From positions 197,267 through 261,266 of the forward strand of contig WGBD01000002.1 of NCBI GenBank assembly GCA_015494465.1: a stretch of DNA of 64,000 nt. Direction: 5' to 3'. Position 1 is the stretch's first letter. Each line of letters begins with the position of its first letter. This document shows, one piece after another, positions 20,231-28,672 of the stretch. This stretch comes from Candidatus Omnitrophota bacterium (GTDB lineage Bacteria; Omnitrophota; Gorgyraeia; S143-82). The translations under genes and the position numbers were made by a program. The notes below the pieces were generated by a model, which was not told where the DNA came from, made no database searches, and saw only the letters and a list, made by a program, of their open reading frames with translations.

Positions 20231-20928
20231 AAACTCACCCCGGCAATAGAAAGGACCTCCGCAGACGGAAACTTTCCCTTGTCGGTAATAAGGACGCCGT
20301 TGCGATCCACTCCCTTCACCTGCACCAGCTCTTCCCTATCACCTACCAATATACGCCAAGGCTCTCCCACTCCCCACAACCCCTTTAGATATCCCTGATA
20401 GACCTCTTCTTCTCCCAAAGCCAAGGTCTCGTTCACGCTATCCATTATCCCAAACAAGGCCTCCCAGGGCGAGACTTCCATTCCCAGATCCGCTAAAGAG
20501 ATTACCCTCTTGTCCTCCACTGCTGGCCGGCCTTGTACATTGACACCTATCCCGCAGAGGTAGAGGGCTTCAACCGGCCCCTCGACAAGAACCCCACCCA
20601 GTTTCGCCGACCTGCAGTAGAGATCGTTGGGCCACTTTATCACCACATCGTCCAAAAGATAGCCCAACCACCGGTGCACCGCAAGGGCAAGGGACATACC
20701 CAGGACCGCGGGCCGGCCCGCCCAACCCAAAGAGAAGGAAAGATACAGCCCACCCGCTGGGGAGGCCCACCTCCTTCCCCTGCGCCCCCGACCGGCAGAC
20801 TGGGCACCAGCCACGCAGACGAGTCCCTCCACGGGATAACTCCGGACGAGATCCCGCAACCAGTCCTGGGTAGAGGTTACTTCCTCCAAGTAAAATATCC
20901 TATCCCCGAGGAGGTTGGACCTCACCAT
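20227..20928 (-). CDS. birA: Biotin-[acetyl-CoA carboxylase] ligase (no N-terminal HTH)
   Basis: STQ, QSAGRGRRGRRW.SP, IKWPND, KLGGVL, GIGVN. Confidence 0.9.
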   Translation of the reverse strand: MVRSNLLGDRIFYLEEVTSTQDWLRDLVRSYPVEGLVCVAGAQSAGRGRRGRRWASPAGGLYLSFSLGWAGRPAVLGMSLALAVHRWLGYLLDDVVIKWPNDLYCRSAKLGGVLVEGPVEALYLCGIGVNVQGRPAVEDKRVISLADLGMEVSPWEALFGIMDSVNETLALGEEEVYQGYLKGLWGVGEPWRILVGDREELVQVKGVDRNGVLITDKGKFPSAEVLSIAGVSL

Positions 20929-21803
20929 CGCCTCCTCCCCGGCCACTTCCTATTGGCCCTCACCTCTACCCTTCCCCCCGCCCCCAAAAAGGCCACCAAG
21001 GCCCCTATTCCGCTGCGCTCACTTACCTCAAGGCCCTTTAGTCCCAACACATACACCGCAGTCGCCCAGGCGTCCGCAAGGGCACAATTAGGTGCATAAC
21101 AGGAGGCGCTGACCAAATCCCCTACCTTCCTTCCTGAGCGGGGGTCCCAGATGTGCCTGCCCCGTTCGTAACTGCCCGAGGTGGCAATCGCCCCTCCCCG
21201 CAGACGCACCCTATCCAACGGCCTCCTACCCAGGGGATTGCGCACCTCCACCCAGACCCCCATCTGCCTCTTATCGAACAACCCCACATCACCGCCGGCG
21301 TTCACCATCAGAAACTCCATCCCCTCACCCTCTGCCCTCTCAATAAGGCGATCCACTATGTAGCCCTTAGCAACCCCGGAGAAGTCGTACCTTCCTCCCT
21401 CCGGGGCCCTGATCCCCTCCTCAAGGACCTCTATCCCCATCGCCGAGGCCCTACCTTTGTAGCCCGGATCAAAGGCCCCACCGCTCCCCTTGCAGACCTC
21501 CTTGCTCACCTCTATCACATCCCTCAACACCGGATAACAGGGATCACCGCTCGGTATCCATCCCCCCCTGTTGAGTCTCCCCACGCAGGAATCAGCCCGA
21601 TAGAAGGACAACTTCCCCTCGAGATCCCGGGCAAGGGCAAGCAAGTCCCTGAGTTTGCCCCTATCCTGTTTAGGAAGGACGAAGTCCACATAGGTATCCA
21701 TCAGGACGAAGGATTCCCTGACGAGGCCTGCCCCCTGTATCCGGACCAAGGCAACGGCCACCAAGACCAGTCCTAATAAGACAGCAACGGCGTACCGCTT
21801 CAT
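20922..21803 (-). CDS. apbE: FAD:protein FMN transferase (ApbE family)
   Basis: MDT, SGGAFDP, SGVAKGY, NAGGD, ATSG.YE, HI.DP, ADAWATA. Confidence 0.88.
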   Translation of the reverse strand: MKRYAVAVLLGLVLVAVALVRIQGAGLVRESFVLMDTYVDFVLPKQDRGKLRDLLALARDLEGKLSFYRADSCVGRLNRGGWIPSGDPCYPVLRDVIEVSKEVCKGSGGAFDPGYKGRASAMGIEVLEEGIRAPEGGRYDFSGVAKGYIVDRLIERAEGEGMEFLMVNAGGDVGLFDKRQMGVWVEVRNPLGRRPLDRVRLRGGAIATSGSYERGRHIWDPRSGRKVGDLVSASCYAPNCALADAWATAVYVLGLKGLEVSERSGIGALVAFLGAGGRVEVRANRKWPGRRRW

Positions 21804-22013
21804 GACCTCCCCTACAGATCAACGATTCTCCCTAAAATATACCACCGTTCCCACAACGACCCAAAGTCATATCCTTAGGCCAAAACATATGCGGGTTTAC
21901 TTGCATTGAAGATTCAATTGCAACCTAAAGAAATTTCCAGGAATCTGAGGTCTAAAAGAATGGCGCCAATATGGAAAAACCGGCATCTCCCGAGCAACCA
22001 ACCTTTACTCACC

Positions 22014-22041
22014 AGATCCTACCTGAAAGATCCTACCTGAA
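22014..22041. repeat. 14-bp tandem direct repeat AGATCCTACCTGAA x2
   Basis: Read directly from the sequence. Confidence 0.85.
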
Positions 22042-22058
22042 TCCGAAAACTCCCCATC

Positions 22059-22904
22059 TCAAGCGATGCAGTCCACTAGCGGAGAGATATCGACAAGAGC
22101 CTTAGGCAGAACCGCATTAGCGTAGAGGCAGGCTATGTCAGGACTAAAGGGGATCCTGAGGGCCAGAGGTACGGACTCCTCCTCGAGCCAGGCCTGCAGA
22201 CGCCCATCCAGTTCCCCGGAAATGCCACTCTTGTTTGCCACCGCAACGACCTCCACATCGAACCTGCGCACCAAAGCCAGCAGCCTCTCCGCATCCGACA
22301 GACCGGACAACGAGGCCTCCACGACCAACACCACCACATCCGCCCCGGATATCGCAGATATCACCGGGCATCCCAACCCCGGCGGTCCGTCCACCAACAG
22401 CCACCTGCATCCCAAGGCCATTGCCCTCTTTCTGGCCCTGCCCTTTAACTCGCTTACCAGACGCCCGGAACTCCCCCGGCCCGGGAGGAGTTCTGCGTAG
22501 AACAGCTCTCCCCAATCGGTCCGTCCGAAAAACACATCCCCGGTATCCTCCTCCACCATCTCTATCGCCGAGGCAGGACACACAAAGGCACACACCCCAC
22601 AGCCCTCGCACAGTTCGGGCACGACATAGGCCTTGCCATCCCTATCCTCTATCGCCGAAAACCTGCAGGCCTGCCAGCATCTGCCACAACCCCTGCAAAC
22701 ATCCCTCTTCACCCGAGCCACCGTGCCCAGATGGAGGCGCTGGGAAGATTCAATCTTCGGGCCGAGAAGGAGGTGGAGGTTGGACGCCTCCACATCGCAG
22801 TCGCATATCACCTTGCTCTCAGGTGTAGAGGCCAAGAGAGCGGTAATCAGCGTCTTGCCGGCTCCTCCCTTGCCACTTGCGACCACTATCTCCTTCGGCC
22901 TCAT
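22059..22904 (-). CDS. MinD-superfamily P-loop ATPase with inserted 2x[4Fe-4S] ferredoxin domain
   Basis: SGKGGAGKT, DCDVEASNLHL, CRGCGRC...C and CEGCGVC...CP, DGPPGLGCP. Confidence 0.9.
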   Translation of the reverse strand: MRPKEIVVASGKGGAGKTLITALLASTPESKVICDCDVEASNLHLLLGPKIESSQRLHLGTVARVKRDVCRGCGRCWQACRFSAIEDRDGKAYVVPELCEGCGVCAFVCPASAIEMVEEDTGDVFFGRTDWGELFYAELLPGRGSSGRLVSELKGRARKRAMALGCRWLLVDGPPGLGCPVISAISGADVVVLVVEASLSGLSDAERLLALVRRFDVEVVAVANKSGISGELDGRLQAWLEEESVPLALRIPFSPDIACLYANAVLPKALVDISPLVDCIA

Positions 22905-23755
22905 CCCCTCACCCTCGCCATCAGCGCATCCCTCAGGGAATCCAAGATTGCCCGCAACTCCCCCGATGCGGAATAGGGATCAATACCCCGGGCCAGTGAA
23001 CGATGCACCTCCTCCCTGAAAGGGACCTTGGCCAAGACCTCTATCCCTTCCTCCTCGCACACCCGCAGGACCTCTCCATTGCCCATCCCGTAGCGATTTA
23101 CCACCACCAGGACATCTATACCCATCTCCCTAGCCACCCTCACCGCCTTGCGGAAGTCGTGGGCCCCGAAGGGGGTATCCTCAACCACGCCCAGAAGGAG
23201 GTCCGCCCCCTCAACCGACTCCACGAAGGCACAGCCACTACCGGGAGGGCAATCCAACACCAACCACTGCCCACCCACTCCTTCCGCCTTCACCTCCCTT
23301 ATCACCGGCCCGGGATTTGCCTGCCCCACCTTAAGCCACCCGCTAACCAACTCCAGACCTCCACCCACCGCCTTTACCACCTCCCCTATAACCACCTCTC
23401 TTTCCTCAATTGCCCCTTCCGGACAGACCAACACGCACCCCCCACAGCGATGGCAGAACTCCTCCAGAACGATCGCTTTGTCGAATACCACTATCGCGTT
23501 GAACCGGCAGAAGTCCCGACACCTACCGCAGGCAGTACAGTCCTCCTGCCTCACCACCGGCACAGAGGAAAGGACCTCTCGGCGACTTACCTCCCGAAGG
23601 TCCTTGAAAAACAGGTGGGCGTTTGGCTCCTCGACATCCAGATCCAAGAGGGATACCCTCTCCCCCGCAGAGACGAAGGCACGGGCCAGCCCCACCGCCA
23701 AGGTGGTCTTGCCCGTGCCCCCTTTTCCTCCTGCCAGAGCGATCCTGACTGCCAA
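22901..23755 (-). CDS. MinD-superfamily P-loop ATPase with inserted 2x[4Fe-4S] ferredoxin domain (paralog)
   Basis: GGKGGTGKTT, DLDVEEPN, CTACGRC...C and CHRCGGC...CP, DCPPGSGC. Confidence 0.9.
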   Translation of the reverse strand: MAVRIALAGGKGGTGKTTLAVGLARAFVSAGERVSLLDLDVEEPNAHLFFKDLREVSRREVLSSVPVVRQEDCTACGRCRDFCRFNAIVVFDKAIVLEEFCHRCGGCVLVCPEGAIEEREVVIGEVVKAVGGGLELVSGWLKVGQANPGPVIREVKAEGVGGQWLVLDCPPGSGCAFVESVEGADLLLGVVEDTPFGAHDFRKAVRVAREMGIDVLVVVNRYGMGNGEVLRVCEEEGIEVLAKVPFREEVHRSLARGIDPYSASGELRAILDSLRDALMARVRG

Positions 23756-23757
23756 AC

Positions 23758-24084
23758 CTACCTGCTCCCCTGTGAGGTCAGGAATTCCCTAATCGCGTCC
23801 TCGCCCCGGCCGGAGTAGTCCTCGTAGGCCTTTATCCCTGCCACGGCCAAGAGGTCCTTGGCCTTGGGCCCTATGTTTTCCGCCAGAAGCACATCCACAG
23901 AGTGATTCCTGAGGGTCTGGACCGCTGCGGGCCCTGCTCCGCTGGAGGCCTCAAAACCGGGATTTTCTACAACCTCGTATCGGCCGGACTGCGAATCGTA
24001 TATCAGGAACCACTGCGCCCGGCCGAACTTCTCGTCCATCAAGGCCTCCTTGCTCGGGGCAGAGACCGGCACCGCTATCCTCAT
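23758..24084 (-). CDS. NifB/NifX-family (FeMo-cofactor-binding-like) protein
   Basis: MRIAVP, FGRA.WF, NP, GAG, NIGPKA; start at ATG 24084. Confidence 0.88.
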   Translation of the reverse strand: MRIAVPVSAPSKEALMDEKFGRAQWFLIYDSQSGRYEVVENPGFEASSGAGPAAVQTLRNHSVDVLLAENIGPKAKDLLAVAGIKAYEDYSGRGEDAIREFLTSQGSR

Positions 24085-24377
24085 TCCTGACCCTCCTCGA
24101 GTTGCTTCCTCAACCACTCCCTCTGGGCATCTAGGGCAGAAAGTTGGGCCCGGAGGATGTCCTTTCTCTCCTCCTCGGACAGCGGTGCGGAAGCGGTCCT
24201 CCAAAACCACTGCCAGCCCATACCTCTGCCCCAGCCTCGCCCGAGGCCTCTGCCCCAACCGCCTCCAAGGCCTCTACCCCAGGTAAAGCCCGGGGCTCCT
24301 GCGCCAGAGCAGAACCCGAGTCCTCGTCCGGTCCTCGGGCCCAGGCCCATCGGTCCGGTTCCGTCTCCCCAAGGCAT
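24081..24377 (-). CDS. DUF5320 family Gly/Arg-rich protein
   Basis: MP.GDGTGPMG.GPRTGRGLGFC N-terminus, GRG repeats, C-terminal coiled coil. Confidence 0.88.
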   Translation of the reverse strand: MPWGDGTGPMGLGPRTGRGLGFCSGAGAPGFTWGRGLGGGWGRGLGRGWGRGMGWQWFWRTASAPLSEEERKDILRAQLSALDAQREWLRKQLEEGQE

Positions 24378-24392
24378 AGTCTCACCTCCTCG

Positions 24393-24824
24393 TTAACACC
24401 TTCCTCTTCTCCTGCGCCTTCGGCCAAATCCACCTCCCCACACCGAGAGGTGGGTTGATCCGCACTCCGGACAGACATCGCTCTCCTTTGCGGTCCAGGT
24501 GGACTCACAGTCCTCGCAGAAAAACCTCTCCGCCTGCAGGCTCACCGGTCCCTTCTCCACCACCAAGGCCCACCCTTCGACCAAGGCCTTGGCCACCTTT
24601 TCGTGGGCACCGGCAAGCAATCTCGTGAGCGTGGGCCGGGAGACCCCCATCCTCTCTGCTGCCTCCTCGTGGCTCAGGCCACAGAGGTCCACCAACCTCA
24701 TCGCCTCGCACTCGTCCAGGGTCATCCTCAACATCCCCAAGGCCCTGACGGGTATCCCCTGAGGCTTAAAGACCCTGACCACCGGTGGACTTCCCACTAT
24801 CCTGTCCTTCTTTGGCCTGCTCAT
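24393..24824 (-). CDS. DUF134 predicted DNA-binding protein with C-terminal zinc ribbon
   Basis: MSRPKK.R, FKPQG, EAMRLVD...EEAA.RMGVSRPT; CEDC...CPECGS. Confidence 0.88.
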   Translation of the reverse strand: MSRPKKDRIVGSPPVVRVFKPQGIPVRALGMLRMTLDECEAMRLVDLCGLSHEEAAERMGVSRPTLTRLLAGAHEKVAKALVEGWALVVEKGPVSLQAERFFCEDCESTWTAKESDVCPECGSTHLSVWGGGFGRRRRRRGRC

Positions 24825-24837
24825 CTTCCGATCCCGA

Positions 24838-24888
24838 TTTTGAACTATAGTTCAAAACTATGATACAAACAACCTCCAAGATTTTCAA
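24838..24888 (-). promoter_or_regulatory. Sigma70 promoter plus perfect 20-bp palindromic operator
   Basis: TTGAAA(24888-24883)-17-TATCAT(24865-24860), followed by TTTTGAACTATAGTTCAAAA (24838-24857). Confidence 0.75.
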
Positions 24889-24911
24889 GTCAAATTGACA
24901 AAAATAGGCAG

Positions 24912-26624
24912 TTACGACTTTCTAAGAAAGGCCAGCAACCGATCCGGATCCCAGGCGTTGATAACATCCTCCCTGCTCAGCCACCCCCGACGGGCAGTAC
25001 CCACGCCGAAGAAGATGTAGTCCAACTGCTGATGGGAATGGGCGTCGGTGTTGATGCAGACCTTCACGCCCATCTCCTTTGCCATCCGGCAGTGGTCCGC
25101 ATTCAGGTCCAGACGGAACGGAGAGGAGTTCAACTCCAGGGCAACGCCCTTTTTTTTGGCGGCCTCCATTATCCGCTCCATGTCCACCTCGTAGGCCTCG
25201 CGCTCACCCAACAACCTCCCGGTGGGGTGGGCGAGGATGTTTACCTCGGGATGGGATATCGCCCTGACGATCCTCTCGGTCATCTCCTCCCTGTCCATCT
25301 TGAATCGGGAGTGGACCGCCACTATCACCACATCCAACTCCTTCAGTATGTCCTCGTCGCAGTCCAGACTTCCGTCGGCAAGGATGTCCACCTCCATCCC
25401 TGCGAGGATGCGCACCCGAGGATACAACCTCTGCAAGCGCCTTATCTCCTCCCTCTGGGCCTTGACCTTCTCCCGGGTCATACCCTTCGCCACCGCCAGG
25501 GAAGGGGAGTGATCGGTTATCGCTATGTACTTATACCCCTTTTCCAAGGCCTTCTTCACCATCGCCTCTATCTCGTCCACTCCGTCGCTGTAGGTGGTGT
25601 GCATGTGCAGATCCCCGCAAACATCTTCCACCTCTATCAACTCCGGCAGGTCGTGGGCGAGGGCGAGTTCCACCTCTCCCTGATCTTCCCGGATCTCCGG
25701 AGGGATCCAATCCATCCCCAGGCAGTCGTAGACCTCCTCTTCCGACCTGCCCGCTACCATCTTCTCACCCTTGAATAGGCCGTATTCGTTGAGTTTCAGG
25801 CCCTTATCTATGCAGATCTGACGGAGTTTTATGTTGTGTTCCTTGGAACCGGTGAAGTAGAGCATCGCTGCGCCGTAGGAATCCTCGTCGAACACCCTCA
25901 AGTCCATCTGCAGGCCGGAGATAATCACGCTGGACTTCTTCTCCCCCCGGGCCAGGACCTCCTCCACCTCGGGATACCTTACGAAGTGGTCCATCACCTT
26001 GGCGGGATTATCCGCCACCACCAGTATGTCCACATCGTGGACGGTCTCCTTGAACCTCCGGATGGAACCCACCACATCCACCCGCTTTACCCCCTTAAAC
26101 CCCGCGATGTAGTCCCTCACCTCGTAGGCCAGAGGCAGGACCTTGCCCAGCGGACTCCTTCCCTTGCTCCTGCGCAGAAACTCTATCCCTTTCAGGATGT
26201 TCTCCTCCGTTTTCGGACCAAACCCCGGCAGGGACCGCAACTTTCCCGCCCTGGCAGCGGTCTCCAACTCGTCGATACTGGATATCCCCAACTTATCGTA
26301 TATCACCTTCACCTTCTTGGGGCCCAGGCCCGGGATGTTCATCATCTCCAACAGACCCGGAGGCAGTTTCGCCTTCAGTTCCTCGTACTGGGCAAGGGTC
26401 CCGGTGCGATAGATCTCCTTTATCTTCTCCGCCAGGTCCTTGCCTATCCCCGGCAATTCCTCCAGCCTGTCCTGAAGGACATACTCTTCAAGGTCCTCGG
26501 GCAGGGACTCTATCCGCATCGCTGCCCGCTCGTAGGCCCTTACGCGAAAGGGATTGTCCCCCAAGAGGTCCAAGAGTTGGGCTATCTCGTAGAATATCTG
26601 GGCGACCTTCTTGTTCAGTATCAT
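24912..26624 (-). CDS. polX: DNA polymerase X/PHP 3'-5' exonuclease
   Basis: HhH motifs, GSIRR, HDVDI, DLR, YFTGSK, GDLHMHT..SDG, TDHS, HPTGR, NTDAH. Confidence 0.95.
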   Translation of the reverse strand: MILNKKVAQIFYEIAQLLDLLGDNPFRVRAYERAAMRIESLPEDLEEYVLQDRLEELPGIGKDLAEKIKEIYRTGTLAQYEELKAKLPPGLLEMMNIPGLGPKKVKVIYDKLGISSIDELETAARAGKLRSLPGFGPKTEENILKGIEFLRRSKGRSPLGKVLPLAYEVRDYIAGFKGVKRVDVVGSIRRFKETVHDVDILVVADNPAKVMDHFVRYPEVEEVLARGEKKSSVIISGLQMDLRVFDEDSYGAAMLYFTGSKEHNIKLRQICIDKGLKLNEYGLFKGEKMVAGRSEEEVYDCLGMDWIPPEIREDQGEVELALAHDLPELIEVEDVCGDLHMHTTYSDGVDEIEAMVKKALEKGYKYIAITDHSPSLAVAKGMTREKVKAQREEIRRLQRLYPRVRILAGMEVDILADGSLDCDEDILKELDVVIVAVHSRFKMDREEMTERIVRAISHPEVNILAHPTGRLLGEREAYEVDMERIMEAAKKKGVALELNSSPFRLDLNADHCRMAKEMGVKVCINTDAHSHQQLDYIFFGVGTARRGWLSREDVINAWDPDRLLAFLRKS

Positions 26625-26636
26625 AGAAAGATTATA

Positions 26637-27581
26637 CTACCTCCTGGCGGGGGTCTGCATCAGGGAAAGGACCGCCTCCTTCAGGCCCTCCCGCACCGGG
26701 ACCTTCTGGCGGAACCCGATGGACCTCATCCCGGATGTGTCGTAAACACGGGCCTTCTTAAGGAACCTAACCACCTTGCCCAGGTACGGCAGGAGAGAGA
26801 AGATCCTTACCAGACCCTCCGGAACCTCCCTCAACTCCACTCCCATCGTACCCGCAATGGCAAGGAATATCTCTCTGGCAGTGAGGACCTCCTCGTCCGC
26901 GACATTGAAGGTCCTCCCCAACACATCGTCGCGGATGAGGGCGGAGTAGATCACCTCGTTCAGGGTGCTTATCCCACACAGGTGCCAGGGATTGTCCATC
27001 CTGCCCAACAGGACCTTAAACCTGCGCAGGAACGAGCACAACCTGCCCAGCAGGTGGGGCTCACCCGGACCGTAGACCATCGCCGGGCGCAAAATCACCC
27101 CGCTCAGTCCCCGCTTGATTGCCCCCCTCACTATCACTTCCGCCTCCAACTTGGACTGTCCGTAGGGCATAGAGGCCTTGAGGGGCATGTCCTCGCGCAA
27201 CGGCAGTTCGGTGTTCCCGCTTATCACCGCTATGGAACTCATGTGCACGAAGCGAGAGACACCCCTGCGCACCGCTACGTCTACCACGTACTGCGTCCCC
27301 AAGACGTTTACCCGCCACAGCAACTCCTGATTCGTCCCCACATATCCTGCGCAGTGGAGGAGTATCGCATCCCTCTCAACGAACCCCTCCAGAGAGGCCG
27401 GATCCCTCACATCTCCTACCACCAGATCGCACCCCATCTCCCTTGCCCAATCGCAGATAGAGGTCGGGCGGACCAGCAACCTTACATCCTTGGCGGGCCA
27501 CCTGCCACTCCGCACGAGGTCCTCCACTATAGACCTGCCTAGGAACCCGGTACCACCGGTAACCAACAGCAGCCTGCTCAA
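26637..27581 (-). CDS. NAD-dependent epimerase/dehydratase (extended SDR)
   Basis: TGGTGFLG, SS, YGQSK, RP..VYGP. Confidence 0.88.
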   Translation of the reverse strand: MSRLLLVTGGTGFLGRSIVEDLVRSGRWPAKDVRLLVRPTSICDWAREMGCDLVVGDVRDPASLEGFVERDAILLHCAGYVGTNQELLWRVNVLGTQYVVDVAVRRGVSRFVHMSSIAVISGNTELPLREDMPLKASMPYGQSKLEAEVIVRGAIKRGLSGVILRPAMVYGPGEPHLLGRLCSFLRRFKVLLGRMDNPWHLCGISTLNEVIYSALIRDDVLGRTFNVADEEVLTAREIFLAIAGTMGVELREVPEGLVRIFSLLPYLGKVVRFLKKARVYDTSGMRSIGFRQKVPVREGLKEAVLSLMQTPARR

Positions 27582-28588
27582 TCCTCCAAGACCTCCTGAC
27601 CCAGCATCTGGCCTGCCTCGTAGTCCTCGGGAGAGGTCCTCCCCAGTATCTTGGGAAGGAGCATGGGAGATATCCCATCCCCCGGTCTAAGGGCGATCAG
27701 GTTGTCCATAGAAAGGACCTCGCCTTTCTTTATCCGCCTGCGGGCAAAGAGGGACTTGCGGGCAAAGGGAAGGTTCTTCAACTCCGAAGGGGCCGGTCTT
27801 TTAATCCCATCTCCCAAGGCCCTTTCTACCTTCCGTATTGCGGAGACCATCTCCCGGAATTCCTCTGGCTCCAGACTGGCCTTGTGGTCCGGCCCGGGCA
27901 AACCCCTGTCCAAGGTAAAGTGCTTCTCTATCACCTCCGCCCCCAAGGCCACCGCAGCCACGGGCACCTCCCAGCCCAAGGTATGGTCCGAATAGCCCAC
28001 GCGCACCCCAAAGGCATGCCGCATCGCAACCATTGCCCTGAGGTTGACCTCTTCTACAGGGGCGGGATACTCAGTAAGGCAGTGGAGGAGCGTAATCTGA
28101 TCCCTATCCAGACCCGACAACAGGACCTCCAAGGCGCCCTTCACCTCCTCCATAGTGGCCATACCGGTGGAGAGGATGACCGGACGGCCGAATTGCGCGA
28201 CCTGCTTGAGAAGGGGATAGTCGGTGAGGTTGCCCGAACCTATCTTGAACCTTTCCATACCCAATTCGTACAGGAAGCGGGCGGATTCCTCGTCGAAGGG
28301 GGTAACCATAAACTCTATCCCCACCGCATCGCATCTCTCTTTTATCCGAACGAAATCCTCCCGGGACAGTTCCAATGCCTTTAACATCTCCCACTGCGAG
28401 CCCTCTCCTACCGTCCTCTTCTGATACTCCGGCCTGCCCGCAGATGGCGATACCAGTGTCTCTGCCCTGAACAACTGGAACTTCACTGCAGAGGCACCCA
28501 CTTCCTTTGCCACCTCTACCATCTCCAGTGCCCGCTCGACGGAGCCATTGTGGTTTACTCCCGCCTCCGCGATTACGAATACGCCCAT
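27578..28588 (-). CDS. neuB: Nonulosonic acid synthase (NeuB/LegI family)
   Basis: VIAEAGVNHNG, VKFQ, KIGSG, LSTGM, GYSDHT.G, IEKHFTLD, GPDH, C-terminal SAF domain; start at ATG 28588. Confidence 0.9.
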   Translation of the reverse strand: MGVFVIAEAGVNHNGSVERALEMVEVAKEVGASAVKFQLFRAETLVSPSAGRPEYQKRTVGEGSQWEMLKALELSREDFVRIKERCDAVGIEFMVTPFDEESARFLYELGMERFKIGSGNLTDYPLLKQVAQFGRPVILSTGMATMEEVKGALEVLLSGLDRDQITLLHCLTEYPAPVEEVNLRAMVAMRHAFGVRVGYSDHTLGWEVPVAAVALGAEVIEKHFTLDRGLPGPDHKASLEPEEFREMVSAIRKVERALGDGIKRPAPSELKNLPFARKSLFARRRIKKGEVLSMDNLIALRPGDGISPMLLPKILGRTSPEDYEAGQMLGQEVLED

Positions 28589-28672
28589 CTTATCTGCCAC
28601 CTCCGCTTTAAGATCGGCCAGCCCAATATAATGATAACCAAAACTCCCCTTTAAAGGTATAATTAACTGCAT

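Noticed and set aside
21804-22058. Possible CRISPR array
   Set aside because: There is one repeat-like 30-mer only, with no repeat-spacer periodicity and no cas genes
22059-24084. Nitrogen fixation genes
   Set aside because: A NifX-like domain and MinD-like ATPases are not NifH/D/K; no nitrogenase motifs were seen
25836-27542. 568-aa plus-strand ORF, and similar long antisense ORFs (60222-61637, 40427-41485, 29519-30601, 36925-37857, 57794-58765)
   Set aside because: They are shadows of well-supported opposite-strand genes in GC-rich, codon-biased DNA and show no recognisable motifs
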